This document shows positions 11,401-26,400 of a DNA stretch of 64,000 nucleotides, one piece after another. This DNA comes from the human T2T-CHM13v2.0 reference genome, Homo sapiens: the NCBI RefSeq assembly GCF_009914755.1, contig NC_060941.1, one strand, 5' to 3'. Position 1 is the stretch's first letter. The number at the start of each line of letters is the position of its first letter. The translations under genes and the position numbers were made by a program. The notes below the pieces were generated by a model. It did no database searches. It saw only the letters and a list, made by a program, of their open reading frames with translations, and was not told where the DNA came from.

Positions 11401-14400
11401 AGAGTTTCACATTGCTTTTCATAGAGTAGTTCTGAAACATGCTTTTCGTAGTGTCTACAAGTGGACATTTGGAGCGCTTTCAGGCCTGTGGTGGAAAACG
11501 AATTATGGTCACATAAAAACTGGAGAGAAGCATTGTCAGAAACTTCTTTGTGATGATTGCATTCAACTCACAGAGTTGAAGGTTCCTTTTCAAAGAGCAG
11601 TTTCCAATCACTCTTTCTGTGGAATCTGCAAGTGGATATTTGGACCTATTTTGAAGATTTCGTTGGAAACGGGAGAATCTTCACAGGAAAGCTAAACAGA
11701 AGCATTCTCAGAAACTTCTTTGTGATGCTTGCATTCAACTCACAGAGTTGAACTTTCCTTTCGAGAGAGAAGCTTTGAAACACTCTTTTTCCAGAATCTG
11801 CAAGTGGACATTTGGAGGGCTTTGAGGCCTGTGGTGGAAAAGGAATTATCTTCCCGTAAAAGCTAGATAGAAGCATTCTCAGAAACTACTTTGTGATGAT
11901 TGCATTCAAGTCACAGAGTTGAACATTCCCTTTGACAGAGCAGTTTGGAAACTCTCTTTGTGTAGAATCTGCAAGTGGAGATATGGACCGCTTTGAGGCC
12001 TATGGTAGTAAAGGAAATAGCTTCATATAAAAGCTAGACAGTAGCATTCACAGAAAACTCTTGGTGACGACTGAGTTTAACTCACAGAGCTGAACATTCC
12101 TTTGGATGGAGCAGTTTCGAAACACACTATTTGTAGAATGTGCAAGTGGATATTTAGGCCTCTCTGAGGATTTCGTTGGAAACGGGATAAACCGCACAGA
12201 ACTAAACAGAAGCATTCTCAGAACCTTCTTCGTGATGTTTGCATTCAACTCACAGTGTTGAACCTTTCTTTGATAGTTCAGGTTTGAAACGGTCTTTCTG
12301 TAGAAACTGCAAGTAGATATTTGGACCTCTCTGAGGATTTCGTTGGAAACGGGATAACCCGCACAGAACTAAAACAGAAGCATTCTCAGAACCCTCTTCG
12401 TGATGTTTGCATTCAACTCACAGTGCTGAACCTTTCTTTGATAGTTCAGCTTTGAAACACTCTTTTTGTAGAAACTGCAAGTGGATATTTGGTCCTCTCT
12501 GAGGATTTCGTTGGAAACGGGATAAACTGCACAGAACTAAACAGAAGCATTCTCAGAACCTTCTTCGTGATGTCTGCATTCAACTCACAGTGTGGAACCT
12601 TTCTTTGATAGTTCAGGTTTGAAACACTCTTTTTGTAGAAACTGCAAGGGGATAATTGCACTCTTTGAGGAGTACCGTAGTAAAGGAAATAACTTCCTAT
12701 AAAAAGAAGACAGAAGCTTTCTCAGAAAATTCTTTGGGATGATTGAGTTGAACTCACAGAGCTGAGCATTCCTTGCGATGTAGCAGTTTAGAAACACACT
12801 TTCTGCAGAATCTGCAAGTGCATATTTGGACCTCTGTGAGGAATTCGTTGGAAACGGGATAATTTCAGCTGACTAAACAGAAGCAGTCTCAGAATCTTCT
12901 TTGTGATGTTTGCATTCAAATCCCCGAGTTGAACTTTCCTTTCAAAGTTCACGTTTGAAACACTCTTTTTGCAGGATCTACAAGTGGATATTTGGACCAC
13001 TCTGTGTCCTTCGATCGAAACGGGTGTATCTTCACATGACATCTAGACAGAAGCATCCTCAGAAGCTTCTCTGTGATGACTGCATTCAACTCACGGAGTT
13101 GAACACTCCTTTTGAGAGCGCAGTTTTGAAACTCTCTTTCTGTGGCATCTGCAAGGGGACATGTAGACCTCTTTGAAGATTTCGTTGGAAACGGAATCAT
13201 CTTCACATAAAAACTACACAGATGCATTCTCAGGAACTTTTTGGTGATGTTTGTATTCAACTCCCAGAGTTGAACTTTCCTTTGGAAAGAGCAGCTATGA
13301 AACACTGTTTTTCTAGAATCTGCAAGTGGACGTTTGGAGGGCTTTGTGGTTTGTGGTGGAAAAGGAAATATCTTCACCTAAATACTAGATAGAAGCATTC
13401 TCAGAAACTGCTTTGTGATGATTGCATTCACCTCACAGAGTTGAACATTCCTATTGATAGAGCAGTTTGGAAACACTCTTGTTGTGGAATGTGCAAGTGG
13501 AGATTTGGAGCGCTTTGAGGCCTATGGTAGTAAAGGGAATAGCTTCATAGAAAAACTAGACAGAAGCATTCTCAGAAAATACTTTGTGATGATTGAGTTT
13601 AACTCACAGAGCTGAACATTCCTTTGGATGGAGCAGGTTTGAGACACACTTTTTGTAGAATCTACAAGTGGATATTTGGACCTCTCTGAGGATTTCGTTG
13701 GAAACGGGATAACTGCACCTAACTAAACGGAAGCATTCTCAGAAACTTCTTGGTGATGTTTGCATTCAAATCCCAGAGTTGAACCTTCCTTTGATAGTTC
13801 AGGTTTGAAACACTCTTTTTGTAGGATCTGCAAGTGGATATTTGGACCACTCTGTGGCCTTCGTTCGAAACGGGTATATCTTCGCATAAAATCTAGACAG
13901 AAGCCTTCTCAGAAACTTCTCTGTGATGATTGCATTCAACTCACAGAGTTGAACCCTCCTATGGATAGAGCAGTGTTGAAACTCTCTTTTTGTGGAATCT
14001 GCAAGTGGATACGTGGACCTCTCCGAAGATGTCTTTGGAAACGGGAATATCTTCACATAAAAACTAAACAGAAGCATTCTCAGAAACTTCTCTGTGATGT
14101 TTGTGTTCAACTCCCAGAGTTTCACATTGCTTTTCATAGAGTAGTTCTGAAACATGCTTTTCGTAGTGTCTACAAGTGGACATTTGGAGCGCTTTCAGGC
14201 CTGTGGTGGAAAACGAATTATGGTCACATAAAAACTGGAGAGAAGCATTGTCAGAAACTTCTTTGTGATGATTGCATTCAACTCACAGAGTTGAAGGTTC
14301 CTTTTCAAAGAGCAGTTTCCAATCACTCTTTCTGTGGAATCTGCAAGTGGATATTTGGACCTATTTTGAAGATTTCGTTGGAAACGGGAGAATCTTCACA

Positions 14401-17400
14401 GGAAAGCTAAACAGAAGCATTCTCAGAAACTTCTTTGTGATGCTTGCATTCAACTCACAGAGTTGAACTTTCCTTTCGAGAGAGAAGCTTTGAAACACTC
14501 TTTTTCCAGAATCTGCAAGTGGACATTTGGAGGGCTTTGAGGCCTGTGGTGGAAAAGGAATTATCTTCCCGTAAAAGCTAGATAGAAGCATTCTCAGAAA
14601 CTACTTTGTGATGATTGCATTCAAGTCACAGAGTTGAACATTCCCTTTGACAGAGCAGTTTGGAAACTCTCTTTGTGTAGAATCTGCAAGTGGAGATATG
14701 GACCGCTTTGAGGCCTATGGTAGTAAAGGAAATAGCTTCATATAAAAGCTAGACAGTAGCATTCACAGAAAACTCTTGGTGACGACTGAGTTTAACTCAC
14801 AGAGCTGAACATTCCTTTGGATGGAGCAGTTTCGAAACACACTATTTGTAGAATGTGCAAGTGGATATTTAGGCCTCTCTGAGGATTTCGTTGGAAACGG
14901 GATAAACCGCACAGAACTAAACAGAAGCATTCTCAGAACCTTCTTCGTGATGTTTGCATTCAACACACAGTGTTGAACCTTTCTTTGATAGTTCAGGTTT
15001 GAAACGGTCTTTCTGCAGAAACTGCAAGTAGATATTTGGACCGCTCTGAGGATTTCGTTGGAAACGGGATAACCCGCACAGAACTAAAACAGAAGCATTC
15101 TCAGAACCCTCTTCGTGATGTTTGCATTCAACTCACAGTGCTGAACCTTTCTTTGATAGTTCAGCTTTGAAACACTCTTTTTGTAGAAACTGCAAGTGGA
15201 TATTTGGTCCTCTCTGAGGATTTCGTTGGAAACGGGATAAACTGCACAGAACTAAACAGAAGCATTCTCAGAACCTTCTTCGTGATGTCTGCATTCAACT
15301 CACAGTGTGGAACCTTTCTTTGATAGTTCAGGTTTGAAACACTCTTTTTGTAGAAACTGCAAGGGGATAATTGCACTCTTTGAGGAGTACCGTAGTAAAG
15401 GAAATAACTTCCTATAAAAAGAAGACAGAAGCTTTCTCAGAAAATTCTTTGGGATGATTGAGTTGAACTCACAGAGCTGAGCATTCCTTGTGATGTAGCA
15501 GTTTAGAAACACACTTTCTGCAGAATCTGCAAGTGCATATTTGGACCTCTGTGAGGAATTCGTTGGAAACGGGATAATTTCAGCTGACTAAACAGAAGCA
15601 GTCTCAGAATCTTCTTTGTGATGTTTGCATTCAAATCCCCGAGTTGAACTTTCCTTTCAAAGTTCACGTTTGAAACACTCTTTTTGCAGGATCTACAAGT
15701 GGATATTTGGACCACTCTGTGTCCTTCGATCGAAACGGGTATATCTTCACATGACATCTAGACAGAAGCATCCTCAGAAGCTTCTCTGTGATGACTGCAT
15801 TCAACTCACGGAGTTGAACACTCCTTTTGAGAGCGCAGTTTTGAAACTCTCTTTCTGTGGCATCTGCAAGGGGACATGTAGACCTCTTTGAAGATTTCGT
15901 TGGAAACGGAATCATCTTCACATAAAAACTACACAGATGCATTCTCAGGAACTTTTTGGTGATGTTTGTATTCAACTCCCAGAGTTGAACTTTCCTTTGG
16001 AAAGAGCAGCTATGAAACACTGTTTTTCTAGAATCTGCAAGTGGACGTTTGGAGGGCTTTGTGGTTTGTGGTGGAAAAGGAAATATCTTCACCTAAATAC
16101 TAGATAGAAGCATTCTCAGAAACTGCTTTGTGATGATTGCATTCACCTCACAGAGTTGAACATTCCTATTGATAGAGCAGTTTGGAAACACTCTTGTTGT
16201 GGAATGTGCAAGTGGAGATTTGGAGCGCTTTGAGGCCTATGGTAGTAAAGGGAATAGCTTCATAGAAAAACTAGACAGAAGCATTCTCAGAAAATACTTT
16301 GTGATGATTGAGTTTAACTCACAGAGCTGAACATTCCTTTGGATGGAGCAGGTTTGAGACACACTTTTTGTAGAATCTACAAGTGGATATTTGGACCTCT
16401 CTGAGGATTTCGTTGGAAACGGGATAACTGCACCTAACTAAACGGAAGCATTCTCAGAAACTTCTTGGTGATGTTTGCATTCAAATCCCAGAGTTGAACC
16501 TTCCTTTGATAGTTCAGGTTTGAAACACTCTTTTTGTAGGATCTGCAAGTGGATATTTGGACCACTCTGTGGCCTTCGTTCGAAACGGGTATATCTTCGC
16601 ATAAAATCTAGACAGAAGCCTTCTCAGAAACTTCTCTGTGATGATTGCATTCAACTCACAGAGTTGAACCCTCCTATGGATAGAGCAGTGTTGAAACTCT
16701 CTTTTTGTGGAATCTGCAAGTGGATACGTGGACCTCTCCGAAGATGTCTTTGGAAACGGGAATATCTTCACATAAAAACTAAACAGAAGCATTCTCAGAA
16801 ACTTCTCTGTGATGTTTGTGTTCAACTCCCAGAGTTTCACATTGCTTTTCATAGAGTAGTTCTGAAACATGCTTTTCGTAGTGTCTACAAGTGGACATTT
16901 GGAGCGCTTTCAGGCCTGTGGTGGAAAACGAATTATGGTCACATAAAAACTGGAGAGAAGCATTGTCAGAAACTTCTTTGTGATGATTGCATTCAACTCA
17001 CAGAGTTGAAGGTTCCTTTTCAAAGAGCAGTTTCCAATCACTCTTTCTGTGGAATCTGCAAGTGGATATTTGGACCTATTTTGAAGATTTCGTTGGAAAC
17101 GGGAGAATCTTCACAGGAAAGCTAAACAGAAGCATTCTCAGAAACTTCTTTGTGATGCTTGCATTCAACTCACAGAGTTGAACTTTCCTTTCGAGAGAGA
17201 AGCTTTGAAACACTCTTTTTCCAGAATCTGCAAGTGGACATTTGGAGGGCTTTGAGGCCTGTGGTGGAAAAGGAATTATCTTCCCGTAAAAGCTAGATAG
17301 AAGCATTCTCAGAAACTACTTTGTGATGATTGCATTCAAGTCACAGAGTTGAACATTCCCTTTGACAGAGCAGTTTGGAAACTCTCTTTGTGTAGAATCT

Positions 17401-20400
17401 GCAAGTGGAGATATGGACCGCTTTGAGGCCTATGGTAGTAAAGGAAATAGCTTCATATAAAAGCTAGACAGTAGCATTCACAGAAAACTCTTGGTGACGA
17501 CTGAGTTTAACTCACAGAGCTGAACATTCCTTTGGATGGAGCAGTTTCGAAACACACTATTTGTAGAATGTGCAAGTGGATATTTAGGCCTCTCTGAGGA
17601 TTTCGTTGGAAACGGGATAAACCGCACAGAACTAAACAGAAGCATTCTCAGAACCTTCTTCGTGATGTTTGCATTCAACTCACAGTGTTGAACCTTTCTT
17701 TGATAGTTCAGGTTTGAAACGGTCTTTCTGTAGAAACTGCAAGTAGATATTTGGACCTCTCTGAGGATTTCGTTGGAAACGGGATAACCCGCACAGAACT
17801 AAAACAGAAGCATTCTCAGAACCCTCTTCGTGATGTTTGCATTCAACTCACAGTGCTGAACCTTTCTTTGATAGTTCAGCTTTGAAACACTCTTTTTGTA
17901 GAAACTGCAAGTGGATATTTGGTCCTCTCTGAGGAATTCGTTGGAAACGGGATAAACTGCACAGAACTAAACAGAAGCATTCTCAGAACCTTCTTCGTGA
18001 TGTCTGCATTCAACTCACAGTGTGGAACCTTTCTTTGATAGTTCAGGTTTGAAACACTCTTTTTGTAGAAACTGCAAGGGGATAATTGCACTCTTTGAGG
18101 AGTACCGTAGTAAAGGAAATAACTTCCTATAAAAAGAAGACAGAAGCTTTCTCAGAAAATTCTTTGGGATGATTGAGTTGAACTCACAGAGCTGAGCATT
18201 CCTTGCGATGTAGCAGTTTAGAAACACACTTTCTGCAGAATCTGCAAGTGCATATTTGGACCTCTGTGAGGAATTCGTTGGAAACGGGATAATTTCAGCT
18301 GACTAAACAGAAGCAGTCTCAGAATCTTCTTTGTGATGTTTGCATTCAAATCCCCGAGTTGAACTTTCCTTTCAAAGTTCACGTTTGAAACACTCTTTTT
18401 GCAGGATCTACAAGTGGATATTTGGACCACTCTGTGTCCTTCGATCGAAACGGGTATATCTTCACATGACATCTAGACAGAAGCATCCTCAGAAGCTTCT
18501 CTGTGATGACTGCATTCAACTCACGGAGTTGAACACTCCTTTTGAGAGCGCAGTTTTGAAACTCTCTTTCTGTGGCATCTGCAAGGGGACATGTAGACCT
18601 CTTTGAAGATTTCGTTGGAAACGGAATCATCTTCACATAAAAACTACACAGATGCATTCTCAGGAACTTTTTGGTGATGTTTGTATTCAACTCCCAGAGT
18701 TGAACTTTCCTTTGGAAAGAGCAGCTATGAAACACTGTTTTTCTAGAATCTGCAAGTGGACGTTTGGAGGGCTTTGTGGTTTGTGGTGGAAAAGGAAATA
18801 TCTTCACCTAAATACTAGATAGAAGCATTCTCAGAAACTGCTTTGTGATGATTGCATTCACCTCACAGAGTTGAACATTCCTATTGATAGAGCAGTTTGG
18901 AAACACTCTTGTTGTGGAATGTGCAAGTGGAGATTTGGAGCGCTTTGAGGCCTATGGTAGTAAAGGGAATAGCTTCATAGAAAAACTAGACAGAAGCATT
19001 CTCAGAAAATACTTTGTGATGATTGAGTTTAACTCACAGAGCTGAACATTCCTTTGGATGGAGCAGGTTTGAGACACACTTTTTGTAGAATCTACAAGTG
19101 GATATTTGGACCTCTCTGAGGATTTCGTTGGAAACGGGATAACTGCACCTAACTAAACGGAAGCATTCTCAGAAACTTCTTGGTGATGTTTGCATTCAAA
19201 TCCCAGAGTTGAACCTTCCTTTGATAGTTCAGGTTTGAAACACTCTTTTTGTAGGATCTGCAAGTGGATATTTGGACCACTCTGTGGCCTTCGTTCGAAA
19301 CGGGTATATCTTCGCATAAAATCTAGACAGAAGCCTTCTCAGAAACTTCTCTGTGATGATTGCATTCAACTCACAGAGTTGAACCCTCCTATGGATAGAG
19401 CAGTGTTGAAACTCTCTTTTTGTGGAATCTGCAAGTGGATATGTGGACCTCTCCGAAGATGTCTTTGGAAACGGGAATATCTTCACATAAAAACTAAACA
19501 GAAGCATTCTCAGAAACTTCTCTGTGATGTTTGTGTTCAACTCCCAGAGTTTCACATTGCTTTTCATAGAGTAGTTCTGAAACATGCTTTTCGTAGTGTC
19601 TACAAGTGGACATTTGGAGCGCTTTCAGGCCTGTGGTGGAAAACGAATTATGGTCACATAAAAACTGGAGAGAAGCATTGTCAGAAACTTCTTTGTGATG
19701 ATTGCATTCAACTCACAGAGTTGAAGGTTCCTTTTCAAAGAGCAGTTTCCAATCACTCTTTCTGTGGAATCTGCAAGTGGATATTTGGACCTATTTTGAA
19801 GATTTCGTTGGAAACGGGAGAATCTTCACAGGAAAGCTAAACAGAAGCATTCTCAGAAACTTCTTTGTGATGCTTGCATTCAACTCACAGAGTTGAACTT
19901 TCCTTTCGAGAGAGAAGCTTTGAAACACTCTTTTTCCAGAATCTGCAAGTGGACATTTGGAGGGCTTTGAGGCCTGTGGTGGAAAAGGAATTATCTTCCC
20001 GTAAAAGCTAGATAGAAGCATTCTCAGAAACTACTTTGTGATGATTGCATTCAAGTCACAGAGTTGAACATTCCCTTTGACAGAGCAGTTTGGAAACTCT
20101 CTTTGTGTAGAATCTGCAAGTGGAGATATGGACCGCTTTGAGGCCTATGGTAGTAAAGGAAATAGCTTCATATAAAAGCTAGACAGTAGCATTCACAGAA
20201 AACTCTTGGTGACGACTGAGTTTAACTCACAGAGCTGAACATTCCTTTGGATGGAGCAGTTTCGAAACACACTATTTGTAGAATGTGCAAGTGGATATTT
20301 AGGCCTCTCTGAGGATTTCGTTGGAAACGGGATAAACCGCACAGAACTAAACAGAAGCATTCTCAGAACCTTCTTCGTGATGTTTGCATTCAACTCACAG

Positions 20401-23400
20401 TGTTGAACCTTTCTTTGATAGTTCAGGTTTGAAACGGTCTTTCTGTAGAAACTGCAAGTAGATATTTGGACCGCTCTGAGGATTTCGTTGGAAACGGGAT
20501 AACCCGCACAGAACTAAAACAGAAGCATTCTCAGAACCCTCTTCGTGATGTTTGCATTCAACTCACAGTGCTGAACCTTTCTTTGATAGTTCAGCTTTGA
20601 AACACTCTTTTTGTAGAAACTGCAAGTGGATATTTGGTCCTCTCTGAGGAATTCGTTGGAAACGGGATAAACTGCACAGAACTAAACAGAAGCATTCTCA
20701 GAACCTTCTTCGTGATGTCTGCATTCAACTCACAGTGTGGAACCTTTCTTTGATAGTTCAGGTTTGAAACACTCTTTTTGTAGAAACTGCAAGGGGATAA
20801 TTGCACTCTTTGAGGAGTACCGTAGTAAAGGAAATAACTTCCTATAAAAAGAAGACAGAAGCTTTCTCAGAAAATTCTTTGGGATGATTGAGTTGAACTC
20901 ACAGAGCTGAGCATTCCTTGCGATGTAGCAGTTTAGAAACACACTTTCTGCAGAATCTGCAAGTGCATATTTGGACCTCTGTGAGGAATTCGTTGGAAAC
21001 GGGATAATTTCAGCTGACTAAACAGAAGCAGTCTCAGAATCTTCTTTGTGATGTTTGCATTCAAATCCCCGAGTTGAACTTTCCTTTCAAAGTTCACGTT
21101 TGAAACACTCTTTTTGCAGGATCTACAAGTGGATATTTGGACCACTCTGTGTCCTTCGATCGAAACGGGTATATCTTCACATGACATCTAGACAGAAGCA
21201 TCCTCAGAAGCTTCTCTGTGATGACTGCATTCAACTCACGGAGTTGAACACTCCTTTTGAGAGCGCAGTTTTGAAACTCTCTTTCTGTGGCATCTGCAAG
21301 GGGACATGTAGACCTCTTTGAAGATTTCGTTGGAAACGGAATCATCTTCACATAAAAACTACACAGATGCATTCTCAGGAACTTTTTGGTGATGTTTGTA
21401 TTCAACTCCCAGAGTTGAACTTTCCTTTGGAAAGAGCAGCTATGAAACACTGTTTTTCTAGAATCTGCAAGTGGACGTTTGGAGGGCTTTGTGGTTTGTG
21501 GTGGAAAAGGAAATATCTTCACCTAAATACTAGATAGAAGCATTCTCAGAAACTGCTTTGTGATGATTGCATTCACCTCACAGAGTTGAACATTCCTATT
21601 GATAGAGCAGTTTGGAAACACTCTTGTTGTGGAATGTGCAAGTGGAGATTTGGAGCGCTTTGAGGCCTATGGTAGTAAAGGGAATAGCTTCATAGAAAAA
21701 CTAGACAGAAGCATTCTCAGAAAATACTTTGTGATGATTGAGTTTAACTCACAGAGCTGACCATTCCTTTGGATGGAGCAGGTTTGAGACACACTTTTTG
21801 TAGAATCTACAAGTGGATATTTGGACCTCTCTGAGGATTTCGTTGGAAACGGGATAACTGCACCTAACTAAACGGAAGCATTCTCAGAAACTTCTTGGTG
21901 ATGTTTGCATTCAAATCCCAGAGTTGAACCTTCCTTTGATAGTTCAGGTTTGAAACACTCTTTTTGTAGGATCTGCAAGTGGATATTTGGACCACTCTGT
22001 GGCCTTCGTTCGAAACGGGTATATCTTCGCATAAAATCTAGACAGAAGCCTTCTCAGAAACTTCTCTGTGATGATTGCATTCAACTCACAGAGTTGAACC
22101 CTCCTATGGATAGAGCAGTGTTGAAACTCTCTTTTTGTGGAATCTGCAAGTGGATACGTGGACCTCTCCGAAGATGTCTTTGGAAACGGGAATATCTTCA
22201 CATAAAAACTAAACAGAAGCATTCTCAGAAACTTCTCTGTGATGTTTGTGTTCAACTCCCAGAGTTTCACATTGCTTTTCATAGAGTAGTTCTGAAACAT
22301 GCTTTTCGTAGTGTCTACAAGTGGACATTTGGAGCGCTTTCAGGCCTGTGGTGGAAAACGAATTATGGTCACATAAAAACTGGAGAGAAGCATTGTCAGA
22401 AACTTCTTTGTGATGATTGCATTCAACTCACAGAGTTGAAGGTTCCTTTTCAAAGAGCAGTTTCCAATCACTCTTTCTGTGGAATCTGCAAGTGGATATT
22501 TGGACCTATTTTGAAGATTTCGTTGGAAACGGGAGAATCTTCACAGGAAAGCTAAACAGAAGCATTCTCAGAAACTTCTTTGTGATGCTTGCATTCAACT
22601 CACAGAGTTGAACTTTCCTTTCGAGAGAGAAGCTTTGAAACACTCTTTTTCCAGAATCTGCAAGTGGACATTTGGAGGGCTTTGAGGCCTGTGGTGGAAA
22701 AGGAATTATCTTCCCGTAAAAGCTAGATAGAAGCATTCTCAGAAACTACTTTGTGATGATTGCATTCAAGTCACAGAGTTGAACATTCCCTTTGACAGAG
22801 CAGTTTGGAAACTCTCTTTGTGTAGAATCTGCAAGTGGAGATATGGACCGCTTTGAGGCCTATGGTAGTAAAGGAAATAGCTTCATATAAAAGCTAGACA
22901 GTAGCATTCACAGAAAACTCTTGGTGACGACTGAGTTTAACTCACAGAGCTGAACATTCCTTTGGATGGAGCAGTTTCGAAACACACTATTTGTAGAATG
23001 TGCAAGTGGATATTTAGGCCTCTCTGAGGATTTCGTTGGAAACGGGATAAACCGCACAGAACTAAACAGAAGCATTCTCAGAACCTTCTTCGTGATGTTT
23101 GCATTCAACTCACAGTGTTGAACCTTTCTTTGATAGTTCAGGTTTGAAACGGTCTTTCTGTAGAAACTGCAAGTAGATATTTGGACCTCTCTGAGGATTT
23201 CGTTGGAAACGGGATAACCCGCACAGAACTAAAACAGAAGCATTCTCAGAACCCTCTTCGTGATGTTTGCATTCAACTCACAGTGCTGAACCTTTCTTTG
23301 ATAGTTCAGCTTTGAAACACTCTTTTTGTAGAAACTGCAAGTGGATATTTGGTCCTCTCTGAGGAATTCGTTGGAAACGGGATAAACTGCACAGAACTAA

Positions 23401-26400
23401 ACAGAAGCATTCTCAGAACCTTCTTCGTGATGTCTGCATTCAACTCACAGTGTGGAACCTTTCTTTGATAGTTCAGGTTTGAAACACTCTTTTTGTAGAA
23501 ACTGCAAGGGGATAATTGCACTCTTTGAGGAGTACCGTAGTAAAGGAAATAACTTCCTATAAAAAGAAGACAGAAGCTTTCTCAGAAAATTCTTTGGGAT
23601 GATTGAGTTGAACTCACAGAGCTGAGCATTCCTTGCGATGTAGCAGTTTAGAAACACACTTTCTGCAGAATCTGCAAGTGCATATTTGGACCTCTGTGAG
23701 GAATTCGTTGGAAACGGGATAATTTCAGCTGACTAAACAGAAGCAGTCTCAGAATCTTCTTTGTGATGTTTGCATTCAAATCCCCGAGTTGAACTTTCCT
23801 TTCAAAGTTCACGTTTGAAACACTCTTTTTGCAGGATCTACAAGTGGATATTTGGACCACTCTGTGTCCTTCGATCGAAACGGGTATATCTTCACATGAC
23901 ATCTAGACAGAAGCATCCTCAGAAGCTTCTCTGTGATGACTGCATTCAACTCACGGAGTTGAACACTCCTTTTGAGAGCGCAGTTTTGAAACTCTCTTTC
24001 TGTGGCATCTGCAAGGGGACATGTAGACCTCTTTGAAGATTTCGTTGGAAACGGAATCATCTTCACATAAAAACTACACAGATGCATTCTCAGGAACTTT
24101 TTGGTGATGTTTGTATTCAACTCCCAGAGTTGAACTTTCCTTTGGAAAGAGCAGCTATGAAACACTGTTTTTCTAGAATCTGCAAGTGGACGTTTGGAGG
24201 GCTTTGTGGTTTGTGGTGGAAAAGGAAATATCTTCACCTAAATACTAGATAGAAGCATTCTCAGAAACTGCTTTGTGATGATTGCATTCACCTCACAGAG
24301 TTGAACATTCCTATTGATAGAGCAGTTTGGAAACACTCTTGTTGTGGAATGTGCAAGTGGAGATTTGGAGCGCTTTGAGGCCTATGGTAGTAAAGGGAAT
24401 AGCTTCATAGAAAAACTAGACAGAAGCATTCTCAGAAAATACTTTGTGATGATTGAGTTTAACTCACAGAGCTGAACATTCCTTTGGATGGAGCAGGTTT
24501 GAGACACACTTTTTGTAGAATCTACAAGTGGATATTTGGACCTCTCTGAGGATTTCGTTGGAAACGGGATAACTGCACCTAACTAAACGGAAGCATTCTC
24601 AGAAACTTCTTGGTGATGTTTGCATTCAAATCCCAGAGTTGAACCTTCCTTTGATAGTTCAGGTTTGAAACACTCTTTTTGTAGGATCTGCAAGTGGATA
24701 TTTGGACCACTCTGTGGCCTTCGTTCGAAACGGGTATATCTTCGCATAAAATCTAGACAGAAGCCTTCTCAGAAACTTCTCTGTGATGATTGCATTCAAC
24801 TCACAGAGTTGAACCCTCCTATGGATAGAGCAGTGTTGAAACTCTCTTTTTGTGGAATCTGCAAGTGGATATGTGGACCTCTCCGAAGATGTCTTTGGAA
24901 ACGGGAATATCTTCACATAAAAACTAAACAGAAGCATTCTCAGAAACTTCTCTGTGATGTTTGTGTTCAACTCCCAGAGTTTCACATTGCTTTTCATAGA
25001 GTAGTTCTGAAACATGCTTTTCGTAGTGTCTACAAGTGGACATTTGGAGCGCTTTCAGGCCTGTGGTGGAAAACGAATTATGGTCACATAAAAACTGGAG
25101 AGAAGCATTGTCAGAAACTTCTTTGTGATGATTGCATTCAACTCACAGAGTTGAAGGTTCCTTTTCAAAGAGCAGTTTCCAATCACTCTTTCTGTGGAAT
25201 CTGCAAGTGGATATTTGGACCTATTTTGAAGATTTCGTTGGAAACGGGAGAATCTTCACAGGAAAGCTAAACAGAAGCATTCTCAGAAACTTCTTTGTGA
25301 TGCTTGCATTCAACTCACAGAGTTGAACTTTCCTTTCGAGAGAGAAGCTTTGAAACACTCTTTTTCCAGAATCTGCAAGTGGACATTTGGAGGGCTTTGA
25401 GGCCTGTGGTGGAAAAGGAATTATCTTCCCGTAAAAGCTAGATAGAAGCATTCTCAGAAACTACTTTGTGATGATTGCATTCAAGTCACAGAGTTGAACA
25501 TTCCCTTTGACAGAGCAGTTTGGAAACTCTCTTTGTGTAGAATCTGCAAGTGGAGATATGGACCGCTTTGAGGCCTATGGTAGTAAAGGAAATAGCTTCA
25601 TATAAAAGCTAGACAGTAGCATTCACAGAAAACTCTTGGTGACGACTGAGTTTAACTCACAGAGCTGAACATTCCTTTGGATGGAGCAGTTTCGAAACAC
25701 ACTATTTGTAGAATGTGCAAGTGGATATTTAGGCCTCTCTGAGGATTTCGTTGGAAACGGGATAAACCGCACAGAACTAAACAGAAGCATTCTCAGAACC
25801 TTCTTCGTGATGTTTGCATTCAACTCACAGTGTTGAACCTTTCTTTGATAGTTCAGGTTTGAAACGGTCTTTCTGTAGAAACTGCAAGTAGATATTTGGA
25901 CCTCTCTGAGGATTTCGTTGGAAACGGGATAACCCGCACAGAACTAAAACAGAAGCATTCTCAGAACCCTCTTCGTGATGTTTGCATTCAACTCACAGTG
26001 CTGAACCTTTCTTTGATAGTTCAGCTTTGAAACACTCTTTTTGTAGAAACTGCAAGTGGATATTTGGTCCTCTCTGAGGAATTCGTTGGAAACGGGATAA
26101 ACTGCACAGAACTAAACAGAAGCATTCTCAGAACCTTCTTCGTGATGTCTGCATTCAACTCACAGTGTGGAACCTTTCTTTGATAGTTCAGGTTTGAAAC
26201 ACTCTTTTTGTAGAAACTGCAAGGGGATAATTGCACTCTTTGAGGAGTACCGTAGTAAAGGAAATAACTTCCTATAAAAAGAAGACAGAAGCTTTCTCAG
26301 AAAATTCTTTGGGATGATTGAGTTGAACTCACAGAGCTGAGCATTCCTTGCGATGTAGCAGTTTAGAAACACACTTTCTGCAGAATCTGCAAGTGCATAT

